This document shows, one piece after another, positions 52,001 to 62,130 of a stretch of 64,000 nucleotides of DNA. The notes beneath the pieces are model-generated. The model was not told the origin of the DNA, searched no databases, and was given only the letters and a program-made list of their open reading frames with translations. Positions within the stretch are counted from its first letter, which is position 1, and each line of letters starts with the position of its first letter. This DNA comes from Naegleria gruberi. Taxonomy: Eukaryota. A program made the position numbers and the translations under genes. The stretch lies in assembly GCA_000004985.1 (NCBI GenBank), contig GG738851.1; one strand, 5' to 3'.

Positions 52001-52347
52001 ACCATTCCTTCCATGGTTTCATTCTTGAACATTTTAAGGGCATATCCTTGAGTTTCATTCAACCGATCATTCAATACCCTCTCATAATCCCAATACTCTT
52101 GATGGTTCTCACTCATGGATCCCCAATTATCGGCATGACCAGTTGGAATACCTTGTTGGATGGATGGATTTTTCACAAGGTTCGGGCTGAGCCATCTCTG
52201 ATAGACATCCTCTGCCCGATTGAGGATTTGATAAGCTTGGACATGAGGAAAACAAATTATTTCATGATTATTTAATATTAATAGTGAAATAAGAGGAAGA
52301 ATGATGAAGATGATGAAATATTTAGGGAATGGAGAGGATTTGATCAT
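49075..52347 (-). CDS. Large (1090 aa) heavily N-glycosylation-site-rich secreted/membrane protein, unknown family
   Basis: ATG at 52347. N-terminal hydrophobic signal/anchor (FIIFIILPLISLLILN), a very long ectodomain with dozens of N-x-S/T sites, a P/S/T-rich stalk, and a C-terminal hydrophobic stretch (LNWIVIVIVLMNL). Single uninterrupted ORF. Confidence 0.5.
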   Translation of the reverse strand: MIKSSPFPKYFIIFIILPLISLLILNNHEIICFPHVQAYQILNRAEDVYQRWLSPNLVKNPSIQQGIPTGHADNWGSMSENHQEYWDYERVLNDRLNETQGYALKMFKNETMEGMVAYQYMNLFHTEPKAMFFSAWSKAVNVTGVGDDGYSFYIDVTYTDWKSLWGQQVHFSVGSHDWEYKYGVIFPEKPILFLTIYCIFRWGHTGTVYFDDIFVGELKTNLVTKFDKSFTVARVPESLPPIDLSKRIRKIESGNGLALSFDSEYGSIIGTSINGTELSPLSDFYVGGVFVKDFNSQQSNNASFILMTGSVLNNSDSSTLEVNSRNSELMLSTKTTYRATNLSIDIECIIENIDSQQSERALTVYIGIPISDFSMNWLWGDFIRMSRSVKETSSEFSSLTTFGNLGSNNGLIGLYPLAALATRMVNSSNVGIGIGVPADKPRIFRLAFNPGTRLLYVAFDIGLSALQTLSPNKATVQLSLFKLSKTEDSFGKPLAYPFRSAIDDYSLIFPDYFKVRIPNSQQGLWVAFSDLTQIEKIEDFGIGVHQIGDSDRDIPFGAQHNIRTFRYLTESSSAYIHLQRFSPQTDPSNYTQVIQATIDCGNNSALIEYDRVQCQTALVSGIKNKNGFYNYQDVDYPWCTKPCAVFIVNSQPGIRAKPPIPLNYLSKEESEWNEDARNIYLNPQHKFHNLSGEFFDSWGSNGYELDFSQDHLSVLNQSHLCFTYYNSRVGMVEWFSSIDYVDMITKFLHEHGGLGMSNGVLSEYFFGFNMIDNLGTEVVWINYNNAKYAPYSEAKLSFIRTLAYKKPYSTILNVKFSMINLEFVETYFRHCAFYAIYPSFFSADAMNSRYWDNPLLYNPHRELFKKYIPLIKKLNENGWEPDNGVRIYVENVDVDGPVVSESTPSVIVERYSTWPQTLLLTSFFSLSLTGNSNVSIEIDTRRVLREDIPLSSVNCTGLEANMVFDNITFPVLVHNSTTNCSVLRLGIPMEKVMKGVGLNGISQLISIPFKWNIVEQLNPISSPQPISNSTANNSTNVPTPSPTHSSYPVNKPIPSPIKSSHLGNLTINSSKKVHLNWIVIVIVLMNLSIN

Positions 52348-52533
52348 CGGAGGAAGAAGAATTGAAGTTGGAGAGGTGTCCTCTATAAATCTTTTTTTAC
52401 TGTTGTTTTTGAATTGTTATGATTGTTCAATTAAGGAAATTTACATTCCCGCCAAATATTAAATTCTCATTGTAAAGATCTTGAATCGAACAAAAAATTT
52501 GAGTTAAAGTGATATTTGTTGAAGAAAACAAAA

Positions 52534-52651
52534 GACTACAGCACCACAGGTTCCCAAGTTGTCTCCAACCTCAGTACTGATGTGGCTCGACGATGCTTAA
52601 CTTCTCAAATCGGACGGGATGAGGTGCATTCATCGTGATATGGCCGTAGCC
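52534..52651 (-). rRNA. 5S rRNA gene, copy 3
   Basis: Identical in length (118 nt) and nearly identical in sequence to copy 2. It has GGCTACGG at the 5' end like copy 1, and a Pol III terminator TTTTGTTTTC directly after the 3' end. It shares the 51-bp upstream element with copy 1. Confidence 0.85.
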
Positions 52652-52702
52652 ATTCACTTTCTTAATCATTCACTCTTCAACTCTATCAGAAATCTAGTTA
52701 AC
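52652..52702 (-). promoter_or_regulatory. Conserved 51-bp 5S upstream element (copy 3)
   Basis: Reverse complement GTTAACTAGATTTCTGATAGAGTTGAAGAGTGAATGATTAAGAAAGTGAAT matches 27777..27827. Confidence 0.4.
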
Positions 52703-52742
52703 AATTTACAAAACACAAACTTTCTAATAATCTACTATTTAT

Positions 52743-53288
52743 TTAAACAAAGAATGAAACAATAATCATCAATGCAATCAAAATGCTTGATCCAATCATC
52801 TTTTCAGCACCAGAACAAACATATTTAGTTCCAGAAAGACAAACTCCATTATATGCAGAATAATCAACAGTTTGTTTAACACTTGAACAGGCACTATCAT
52901 AATAAACAGTCAAATATCTACAGGCAGTACTCTTATAAGAACCAGCACCTGGAATAACAACACAAGTATCCAATGGGAAGATTTGTGAGACAACTAAATT
53001 GGAAGTAGCACAAGTAGTGTCAGAATAAATTGATAATTGTAAAGTATTCTTGGAACCAATGGAAGGAACAGTTGAAGTACATTGACTAGTGGTATAGAGT
53101 GAGGTGGTGTTACTACCAGTACAGGTTGGGTTGGAAGTACAGTTAGAAGTTGGAGTGTAGAGATCCAACATTGGGAGAGAGCTTGAACACTTGGAGTCAG
53201 TGAAGAGGGAAGATCTGATGTATTGACCACTGACTGATGTGATGGCAATGAGAGCAAAGAGGACAATGGAGAGAATGATAGTTTTCAT
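52743..53288 (-). CDS. Small secreted Cys-rich protein with GPI-anchor-like C-terminus (ponticulin-like), paralog A
   Basis: 181 aa. Signal peptide ending ..SVSGQY, eight Cys conserved with paralog B, S/T-rich, and a C-terminal hydrophobic tail (ILIALMIIVSFFV) preceded by small residues (SGAE). Confidence 0.55.
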   Translation of the reverse strand: MKTIILSIVLFALIAITSVSGQYIRSSLFTDSKCSSSLPMLDLYTPTSNCTSNPTCTGSNTTSLYTTSQCTSTVPSIGSKNTLQLSIYSDTTCATSNLVVSQIFPLDTCVVIPGAGSYKSTACRYLTVYYDSACSSVKQTVDYSAYNGVCLSGTKYVCSGAEKMIGSSILIALMIIVSFFV

Positions 53289-53582
53289 TTTCTTGAGATT
53301 GTTTGTTTTTTTGAGTGAAGAAATGAGTTGAAAGTTTTGTTGAATTTATTCGAAAGTGCAAGTTCATTAATTTCATGTGGCTTCACTAATGTGACAAGTG
53401 GTTACAACGAGTGTAAGATGCAATTATTGAAATAAAATGTAAAAGGAAACTTTTCCAACTCAATTCCTACATGAAATGTGACAACTCGAAGAAATTTAGG
53501 TTTCGAATATTTCCTTCCTTACATTTCGTTCAGTGAAAAAGGTTGTAAATTCATTCAATACACAAATTACAATATCTCATCC

Positions 53583-54108
53583 AATTCTTTACAAAATTAA
53601 AGGTAACCCACAGCTGGCAATTTCTAGCTGGTTTGTTTGCTTGTGTGGTTAACGTTCACTAGATTCAAAATTTACCCATCAGTTGAGGAAAAAATTTATT
53701 TCCCACTTTCCAGCTTGCTTCCAACCCACAAAAATAAAACAAGAATTTTTAACAACAACAAGCTAAATTTTTATTTGTCTTATATTCGTGTTGGTTGAAA
53801 GCCAACTCTAACCCATAGGTTAAAGTACTGTAATTCTAACACCAATCCATATTCTCCAAAACCTACATGAAACCATCCTAAAGAGGTGGTTTTAGTATGT
53901 TAGTACTACTATGTTTTGGATTTTGATGTTGTGGACTAATTTTCGAGTTATTTCCCCAAGTTTCAAAGGCCAAATTTCATTCGCACCTGTCATCGCACTG
54001 GTTTGACGGATTCTTGAATCTTCTCACACAGATTCTCATGCACCAATACAATTGAAAAAACACCAGCGTAAAAACCGAGCTGTGGGCAGTTTTAATTTTG
54101 TAAAGAAT
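53583..54108. repeat. About 526-bp element bounded by ~35-bp imperfect terminal inverted repeats (MITE-like or a regulatory palindrome)
   Basis: 53583..53617 AATTCTTTACAAAATTAAAGGTAACCCACAGCTGG matches the reverse complement of 54070..54108 (AATTCTTTACAAAATTAAAACTGCCCACAGCTCGG): 19/19, then 9/9 after a 4-nt mismatch block. It lies between the tandem paralogs, in the 5' flank of paralog A. Confidence 0.35.
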
Positions 54109-54344
54109 TACATACCACCATTCACAATTATTTTGAGCAACTGAAATACGTACCACGTAATCCATCTCCATTTACACTTCACTTGTTACTAACAACATGT
54201 CAACACCATTCAAAAACCTCAAAAAGGAAAGCAATATTCACCCTTTAATATAACTACATATCAAACAACAACAACTACAGTAAAGCATAGGGAAAAGTTG
54301 TGAAAAAACATGTTCATATAATATATTTAAGGCATTTAATTTAT

Positions 54345-54881
54345 TTAAAAAACAATGGAAAGCAAAGCAGCAACCATCATTACAACAGTGGTAAGACCAA
54401 TCTTTTGAGCATTGTTACACAAGTACTTGGTACCCAAATTACAGACACCATTGAAAGCAGCATAATCAACAGTGTTCTTAACAGTCTTACAGTCAGCATC
54501 AGAGTAGAGAGTCATAGTCTTACATCCAGTACTCTTCATGCTTGAACCATCAGTAGATGAAATACATGTGTCAATTGGCAAGATTTGTGAGATGGAGATG
54601 GCTCCACAGGTGTTATCAGCATAAATGTTGACTTGCAAAGTGTTCTTACCACCAACTGGGACAGCAGAAGCACATGCAAGAGAGGTGTAAACAGATGTGG
54701 AATTGACACAAGTCACTGGAACAATCGAGCTGGCGCAATTGTCAGTTTTAACATACATATCCAAGTAAGCTGGAGAAGCAGTACATGTTGAATCCTTGTA
54801 CAAGGTGGTTCTCATGTATTGAGCATTGACGCTAGCAAGAGCAGCAATGAGTAAGGCAGCAATAATGAAGATGGATTTCAT
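54345..54881 (-). CDS. Small secreted Cys-rich GPI-anchor-like protein (ponticulin-like), paralog B
   Basis: 178 aa. The signal ends ..ASVNAQY. Alignable to paralog A throughout (QYMRTTLYKDSTCTA versus QYIRSSLFTDSKCSS; GKNTLQVNIYADNTCG versus SKNTLQLSIYSDTTCA; TVDYAAFNGVCNLGTKYLC versus TVDYSAYNGVCLSGTKYVC). Confidence 0.55.
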   Translation of the reverse strand: MKSIFIIAALLIAALASVNAQYMRTTLYKDSTCTASPAYLDMYVKTDNCASSIVPVTCVNSTSVYTSLACASAVPVGGKNTLQVNIYADNTCGAISISQILPIDTCISSTDGSSMKSTGCKTMTLYSDADCKTVKNTVDYAAFNGVCNLGTKYLCNNAQKIGLTTVVMMVAALLSIVF

Positions 54882-55128
54882 ATTGTTGAGTGTTTTGTTT
54901 TTTTAAGGCATCTTTAATATTCACAGACTTTGTGCATGTTTATTGCCTTAAAAAAACAAAACACGATTCTGCACTACGGCTCCTTACTGCGGCTGTTGAG
55001 CAGTTGATGAACCTTCAAACACTACAAGCAAATGAAGCTTTTGGTCGTAACAAATTAGTCTTGCCTACCCTAGTACAGGTCGCGTTTAGTGTTTTTTAGA
55101 ACAGATAATTTACAGAAAGTATAATAAT

Positions 55129-57280
55129 TTATCGATGTTTGAGTTTGTGTTTCAATTGTCTCTTGTCTGAGAGTGCCTTCTTCCACTTCTTTTCGTTTTG
55201 ACCCATGGTATTCTTGTGTCTGACGTTTCTGGACATCTTCAACATCATGTATGGCTTGTTCTTCTTCTTTTGCTTTTGAGTTTCTCCAGGTTGTTCCCAC
55301 TTTCTTCTGTTGAATTTCTTCTTTTCTGGTTCAAATTCATTGTCTGAATCGTCACCCTTAGAAATGTCACCAATATCATCTTCGTCAACATTTTCATTGC
55401 TAAAGATTGGGGTTTCTCTCTTTCTCTTCTTACCCATAAGCTTTTCCATTTCCTTGCTCTTTTTGAGTTTCTTAATCAACTCAAAGTCTTCTTGTGTAAG
55501 AATTCTGGTTTGATCAATTCTTGGGCCCTTTGGTTCCTCTGAAGCTTGTTCACCATCTTCAATGACTTCTTCTTCTTCACTGTCCAATTCGAAAACATCT
55601 TCCAAGTTCAACAATTCACCACCTTCCTCGTTATCAGATCCCTCAGAATCATCAGAGTCATCCATAGCAATATTGACATCATCTTCACCGTCGCTTGGAA
55701 CATCAATCCATTCACCTTCTTCATCAGAATCTTCACCATCAACAGCCATGAGATCCTTTTCAGATTCCTTTCTCTTATTGTATTCTTCCAATAATTCAAT
55801 GCCATCAACACCTTCAGCAACTCTTTGAGTACCAAATTCTGGAATGACTGCTTCAGGATCGTGATCTTTACCTCTGTCTTTCTTGTTCAACATCTTTGGA
55901 GAAAGTTCTCTGAAGAGTGTTATAATACCTCTAGCAGCATGGAAAACTTGTTTATCCTTATGTTTAGAATATTGAGATAAATCTCTCAAGAGGGTCTTGG
56001 TCATAACTCTTGGTTGTCTTGAACAAATAACTCTAATTGTATTCAAACCAGCTGCAATAACTTCTGGTTTGGAATGGTCATTAGCAAAATTGTTAGCAAT
56101 AGTCATGACGACTGGATGAATAACATCAGGAGGAACAAAATCGTGAACTGATTGGGCAGTAATGGCAAGAATCTTGGTAACATCTAAAAAATTGAAATAT
56201 ATCAGAAATTAAAATGTCACAAAACTTACTGGCTTGGGCAGGGAGTAAATATTTTTGAATGAAAGGATAAAAATTGAGAAGAACTAATTGATTTGAGGAA
56301 ACACATCTTGAAATAACGTCCAACATTAAAATTCTTACTTCAAATTTGTCATTTGAACTCTTCAATTTAGCAAAGAGTTTTTCAGAGAAACCTTGTGGAT
56401 CATTCAACATGTTGAGAACGTTCAATGATTCAATTTCCATACCCTTTTCCTTATGTTTATCCTTCTTTTTAAGTTGTTTGAGAGCTTTCTTAAATTTGTT
56501 TTCCTTTTTCTTTGTCTTTTTAGAGTGAATATTGTTAACTTTAAACTTTAAATCTCTAATCAAGTGACCAAGATCTCTATCATCTGATTTTTGTTTTGTT
56601 CCGTCTTCATCTTCTTCAGCTTCATCAACTAATTCACCCAAGAAGAATTTAAGTGCAATAACAACAAGAGCAGTATCTTCAGCAAAACATGATTGGGAAA
56701 TAACATTGACACATCTATCATCATTCCAAATACCTCTTCTATAAAGTGTAATTAAAAGTTGCAAACTCTTCTTTGCAGCAATACGGAATGAATCTTTCAA
56801 CATGGAAAAGACAAAGTTTTGCAATGATCTATTTACATTAGGATTCTTCTTCTTCATATTGATTTTAGTAATATCGGAGAGAATGTGTTTATAAACCATA
56901 CTTCTAAGAGTCTTATCATGTACTCGGAAAAGTTTAAATAATACTGGTATTAAAGTTTTAGAGTCAAGAATGTCGTTATTACGGAAAGCAATGAGTGTGA
57001 TAGCAAGTTGTCTTCTCAATTTTGGTTCTAATTCTAATTGTTTTGTTTCCAACAAATCCAAAATCATTGGTGCTGCAGTTTTGGTTTCTGCTTTATAAAC
57101 TTTGCAAGCAACACTCAAAAATTGCAACAATTTGACAAAATATTTAGCATCATCGGCTGGTCTCAATTTTGCAACTTCGGTTTGATTTTCCAAGTGTTTC
57201 AATTGAAGGAGGAAATCATCTTTATAAGCCTTTGGATCTTTAAAAACTTGTTCTTGAAGATGAAGGAGATCGATACTCAT
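55129..57280 (-). CDS. SDA1: SDA1 (ribosome-biogenesis / nucleolar protein). Model: complement(join(55129..56183, 56230..57280)).
   Basis: The N-terminus MSIDLLHLQEQVFKDPKAYKDDFLLQLKHLEN matches the SDA1 start (LQNLIKRDPE.YKEEFLQQ). A 46-nt intron (A|GTAAGT...TTTTTTAG|) joins the two listed ORFs in phase 1 to give 701 aa. The C-terminal half has the characteristic D/E-rich acidic block and K-rich tail. Confidence 0.7.
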
Positions 57281-57504
57281 TTTTTTTGAAGGTCAAAAAT
57301 AAAAATATTTTTGTTGAACAAGACAAAATTCGGATCGAGAGAATATTCATTATTTGATGAGAAATATTTGAATATTTCAAATATAATGATGAGAAGAGCT
57401 TTTTCACCATCGTTGGACCAGATTACATGATAAATTAAATTTGTTCGGAATAATGACTATTTGATGAAGAATTTAATATCAAATTTCTAATAAGAAAAAA
57501 AATA

Positions 57505-59135
57505 ATGAAAAAGTTGTTGCTTTCTCATCGAATTCAGCTTCTTCTTCGGTATTATCTAGAAGAGGAGTTCAACATATAGAAAGTAGTATTAGGAAGGGAA
57601 GTGGAGCATTAGGATTTTCTCTATTGAATTCTTCAAAGAATAGAGATTTTCATGGGAACTCTTATAAGCGAGGATACAATTTTAAAGGAACAGAATTGGT
57701 CAGAGATTTCATTCATGATTCATTATATAATCCAGAATATGGATACTTCAACAAGAGTCATGAATTAATTATCAGTCATCCATTGTTTGAAGGAAAGGAA
57801 AATGTGGGAGAAATTTCATCATCCGAAGCCTTTGAAGAATTACTTTTAAATAATACTCTTCCAAGAGAAGAACAAACAATTTTACCATTTACTGAATTAG
57901 AAGATCATTTGGATTACTTGGAAAATTTATCTGAATTGTATCAAAGAGGTCCACAAAGTTGGGGTACTCCAATCGAAATATTTCAACCTTACTATGGTAT
58001 TGCAGTGGCAGAACACATTTTGAAAACACAATATGGATCATCTATTAATCAATCTTTGGATAGACCTTTGAAGATTTATGAAATGGGTGGCGGTATGGGC
58101 ACTTGTTGCAGAAATATTTTGGATTATTTGGAGACTGATTATCCAGAAATTTACAAGAATACAGAATATCACATTATTGAAATTTCTTCACAATTACACG
58201 AGCAACAGAAAATCAGATGTGCTCATCATGTAACCAATGGAAAACTCAAATTACATCACGACTCGTTTATGGATTGGAAACAAGTGGAGCAGGATGAATG
58301 CCACGTTATTGCTATGGAAGTTTTGGACAATTGTGCTCACGATAAGATTTCAATTGATGCTGATGGAAATGTTAAGGAATGTCATGTATTTTTCGATAAG
58401 GGTAAAAATTACTATGAGGAAGTTTACCTTGATTGTAGAGACGAGTTAATTATTAGATATTTGACGCTGGCTGGGGTTATTGAGACTTCTAACACAAAAA
58501 CCAAATTTTCTCCTAATTTTACCTACACCTCTCTGCAGGATAAGACTAAAGGAGCATTTACCAAACTGATTCAATCATTCTCTTCCAAATCCACAAATGG
58601 GATGAGATCACTCCTCATGAACTCCATTGGAGGAGACCATGTATTTTACATCCCAACAGTACAATTACAAATTATTGAAAAATTACAACAAAATTTCCCA
58701 AAACACCACTTTATTTGTGCCGATTTTGACTACTTGGGAACAGATGAATCTGGAGAAAGCAACAGACCACTCGTACAAAAGAAATTCAAATTCATGAAAA
58801 CCTCTAATTTATTAAGAAAGATCAGAGAGAAACGAACACTCTTTCTAAGTCCTGAAGATATCTCATCAGAGGACAATTTCTCCATAGAGTCACATGCATT
58901 CAGATCGTATCTAGTTCCAAAAGGAGAGTGTGATATTTTCTTTGCCACCGACTTCAATATCATGCAACAAGTTTACAGCAAAGTTTGTCAAGATCAAGGT
59001 GGCCTAAGAGGATCACTCGTCATGAAATCATCTCAATTCATGAAAGAATATGCAGAGTATGAAAATTTTACTACAAAATCAGGATACAATCCATTATTGA
59101 AAGATTACACAAACTTTTCATTCTTCCTCAGTTAA
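57505..59135 (+). CDS. NDUFAF7: NDUFAF7 / MidA (DUF185 arginine methyltransferase, complex-I assembly factor). Tentative model: join(57505..57548, 57587..59135).
   Basis: The long ORF (listed start is a TTG) carries the MidA hallmarks FIHDSLYNPEYGYFN, the SAM-fold YEMGGGMGT..., and a long C-terminal DUF185 domain. The only upstream ATG (57505, MKKLLLSHRIQLLLR, presequence-like) is in another frame. A 38-nt intron (CG|GTATTA...AAGTAG|, 57549..57586) or a 32-nt alternative (..ATATAG|) joins it in frame. Which acceptor is used is unresolved. Confidence 0.65.
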
Positions 59136-59221
59136 ATTGATTTAAAAATACAAGTCAATCACGTTTTGTTCACCACCATAATTATGGCGCGTCTACTTTT
59201 TATGGAATTACATAAGAAAAA

Positions 59222-60763
59222 ATGTACACCAAGCACATTGTGGCCTTGTTTTGTTTCGTCTTGTTGTGTGATGTTGTTGCTGTCAATGCAGCAGCAGACA
59301 TTCTCTCACAAATGATGGAACAAATTCAACAAGTAAAATCATCATCGTGCAGGTACACTGCCACAGGTGTTGATTTCTCACAATGTAACGGTTATTCTAA
59401 AGGCATACTTCCTCCCATGTATGCAATGTTAGGATATAATCCAACCTCGACCGATCTATTCACCCTTCCTATCACCGAACCGAGTACAAACATTATTGTT
59501 GAGGGATATTTTAACCCTCAGGATGTTCTGCCGAATGTATGCGAATTCGAAAGTGGCTATTCTACACTCTTCCAAAATTCAACACCTAATAACTCTGAAT
59601 TTACACCAAATTTATTTTGGAATTTCAATACTAATGACTATTCAAATATATTTGGAAATGTTCTTGACATTCAACATTCGTGTTCACTTCAAAGTGAAAC
59701 CTTTGTTGCGTACAAAACTAATTCAGCAAATCTTGATTCTAATTTCAAGAAAATTATTTCACTACTTCCTATGGAGTATAATGAACAAGTTTATTCTTTA
59801 TTTTACAATAGTTATGGACCTTTAGTTTCAAAAGGTAAATATGGAGGAAGTAGAATTGAGACAATTGTAAAATCTTCAAATTTAGGTGTGAATAGAGATA
59901 GTTCAAAAGTGAAAATTGTTGGTGGTTATTCTGAAAAGGATAAACAGAGTTGGTCTTATTCTGTCTATAGGAATCCAACTATGGTTGATGTTGAGTTGAT
60001 TAGGATGAGTGATTTTATTAGAAATTTGAATTTGGCCTCTAGTAAGGTGATCAAAAACATGATTAGATTTGAAAAATCATTGTTAACAAGTATTTCTAGT
60101 AGAGATGTATACCAATCGATCTTGGAGCAAAACCGTCCTTGTAAGAATATTATACTTTCTAATATGTATGAAATCTATATACACTATGCATGCTATGTTC
60201 CAAACGTGTACACAAATGACTTAATTTCAAGAACCTATGGTTATCAAACCAAATCAGAAAACATTTTCAAATATGGGGTTATGGGAAAGGTTTGGAATTT
60301 AGATTTAAAATGTGGTCCTTCAGAAACAATGAATTTTGACAGAAATCATAAATCAAAATTCTTTTCATTGCGTTCCAATAATGAGCCACCTCAATACCCT
60401 TTCACTAGACCAGTATATTTTGATTTGAATGAATTTAATAGCCAAAACAAAAATGACTACCGACATTTCAGAGAGGCAGCACCCTATTGGAAATCAGATA
60501 TTGGAAGTAGGACACCTTTAGGAATTTTGGGTTACTGCTCTCCAGTCAAGTTAAAAGGTATGAAGCCATTGAATTTATACAAGTATAGCATCAATGAAGG
60601 GTTTGGACATTATTTGAGTATTTATTCACCTTCAACACCACCTTTAGAATACAATATTGGTTATACATATCCTCCAGATACTGGTATTGTACAGAAACAA
60701 ATCGAATCAGGAGATCCTGATTTGATATATTTCAAAGTTTGTGTGGAATTGGAAACAGATTAA
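59222..60763 (+). CDS. Secreted protein with MACPF-like signature, paralog 1
   Basis: 513 aa. Signal MYTKHIVALFCFVLLCDVVAVNA. YNSYGPLVSKGKYGGS resembles the MACPF motif (Y/F)G(T)H(F/Y)-x6-GG. Homologous to the convergent gene 60760..62124 (e.g. GILGYCSPVKLKGMKPLN versus IGYCSSKQYAGMIELN). Confidence 0.45.
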   Translation: MYTKHIVALFCFVLLCDVVAVNAAADILSQMMEQIQQVKSSSCRYTATGVDFSQCNGYSKGILPPMYAMLGYNPTSTDLFTLPITEPSTNIIVEGYFNPQDVLPNVCEFESGYSTLFQNSTPNNSEFTPNLFWNFNTNDYSNIFGNVLDIQHSCSLQSETFVAYKTNSANLDSNFKKIISLLPMEYNEQVYSLFYNSYGPLVSKGKYGGSRIETIVKSSNLGVNRDSSKVKIVGGYSEKDKQSWSYSVYRNPTMVDVELIRMSDFIRNLNLASSKVIKNMIRFEKSLLTSISSRDVYQSILEQNRPCKNIILSNMYEIYIHYACYVPNVYTNDLISRTYGYQTKSENIFKYGVMGKVWNLDLKCGPSETMNFDRNHKSKFFSLRSNNEPPQYPFTRPVYFDLNEFNSQNKNDYRHFREAAPYWKSDIGSRTPLGILGYCSPVKLKGMKPLNLYKYSINEGFGHYLSIYSPSTPPLEYNIGYTYPPDTGIVQKQIESGDPDLIYFKVCVELETD

Positions 60764-62124
60764 GAGGCAGGATAAATATAACACATAAAATATTCTTTTT
60801 TGAATTGTGAGGGTGCTGTGCTTCCATAATAATGATAATAATTAAAATACCTATTAAGCTCAATCATTCCCGCATATTGCTTTGAAGAACAGTATCCTAT
60901 TGGATAAACATATGTGTTTGAGTCTTTTGCCACCTTGTCAACTTCTGCTTTGGAACCAGTCACAAATGATTCATAAGCTATCTTTTGGTATTGAATTTTG
61001 TAATTTTGAGCCAAATAAATTGGCAAATCATACTTGTCAGATTTTTCGTGAGAAAGAATTCCAATAGCCCTTTTTCTTAAAATTCTATAATTCATAAAAT
61101 TAATATAGTTTAAACTCTCTGAAAATGGAACCAATTTGTAAAACCATTTGTAATAACTTAAATATTGAGATTGATCCTTATTCGATTCAGCTGTGATTTC
61201 GCCAAACATGAATAAATTATTCGTGCAACTATCTGAAAGTGAGTACCAATTATCAAAGGATTGATCAATGTAATTTGTGTCCAGAAGTGGTAAATTTGAC
61301 TGGCTCAACATTTGTAATACTCTTTCATTGGTTAGTTCATACTTTTTAAGATATTCACTCAAAGTCATAATTGAAAAACCGGCTTTTCCTGGATATTGAA
61401 TTATATCTTGTTCGAAAGTTGTCGAATTTCCTTTCCCTCCTATTAATATTTCATCTTGATTACTAATTATTTGCGAAGAAGCACAAGAACTACTACTATA
61501 ATTAGCAAACAATCGAATTCCTCCATATTTGATATTTGTCACAACATAGGGACCATAAATTTGAAAGAAATTATTGAAAATTTTCTCATCTGTACTTCTT
61601 TCAAGAGCTGCAAGAGCACTCATCATTTCACTATTGTGTGAAATTGACATTTTCTCATCTGCTTCACTTGTAATGTAGTACTGAGCACTAATTGTGCACG
61701 ATAACTTTAGTTTCAATACATTAGAATAGAAACTCTTGTATCTATTCATTGTAAAAGGCCATAGTGGTGAATGTGGACTCATACTTTCTGATAATACTTT
61801 GTTTAGTCCATTCGTAGTGATTGTAGAGGAAAGTAACGTTTCACCCAACAAGGAAGTGTTACCTACCCCCTGATCACACACTCCATCTACAGTGTATTCC
61901 ACTGGTTTCGGCAATGAATATTTGGTTTTGTAATTTGTGAAGGCAATATTCTTGGAGAATGTGATTCCACCATTTTGTGAATATTTTGCAGTGACAGAGA
62001 AGGGTCTTGTTTGTTGTTGATGAGTTGGATGACCACACAGAAGGAGAAGATGCAACAACAGAATGACTGCAAGTCTCATTACACATTCTCTTTCCATTTT
62101 TTCATGTTTTAAAACATATCGCAT
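60760..62124 (-). CDS. Secreted protein with MACPF-like signature, paralog 2
   Basis: 454 aa from the ATG at 62124. A second in-frame ATG at 62079 (MRLAVILLLHLLLLCG) sits immediately before the hydrophobic core. FFQIYGPYVVTNIKYGGIRLF fits Y-G-x-(Y)-x-x6-G-G exactly in spacing. Its stop codon overlaps the stop of 59222..60763 on the palindrome TTAA. Confidence 0.45.
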   Translation of the reverse strand: MRYVLKHEKMERECVMRLAVILLLHLLLLCGHPTHQQQTRPFSVTAKYSQNGGITFSKNIAFTNYKTKYSLPKPVEYTVDGVCDQGVGNTSLLGETLLSSTITTNGLNKVLSESMSPHSPLWPFTMNRYKSFYSNVLKLKLSCTISAQYYITSEADEKMSISHNSEMMSALAALERSTDEKIFNNFFQIYGPYVVTNIKYGGIRLFANYSSSSCASSQIISNQDEILIGGKGNSTTFEQDIIQYPGKAGFSIMTLSEYLKKYELTNERVLQMLSQSNLPLLDTNYIDQSFDNWYSLSDSCTNNLFMFGEITAESNKDQSQYLSYYKWFYKLVPFSESLNYINFMNYRILRKRAIGILSHEKSDKYDLPIYLAQNYKIQYQKIAYESFVTGSKAEVDKVAKDSNTYVYPIGYCSSKQYAGMIELNRYFNYYHYYGSTAPSQFKKEYFMCYIYPAS

Positions 62125-62130
62125 TAGTTA

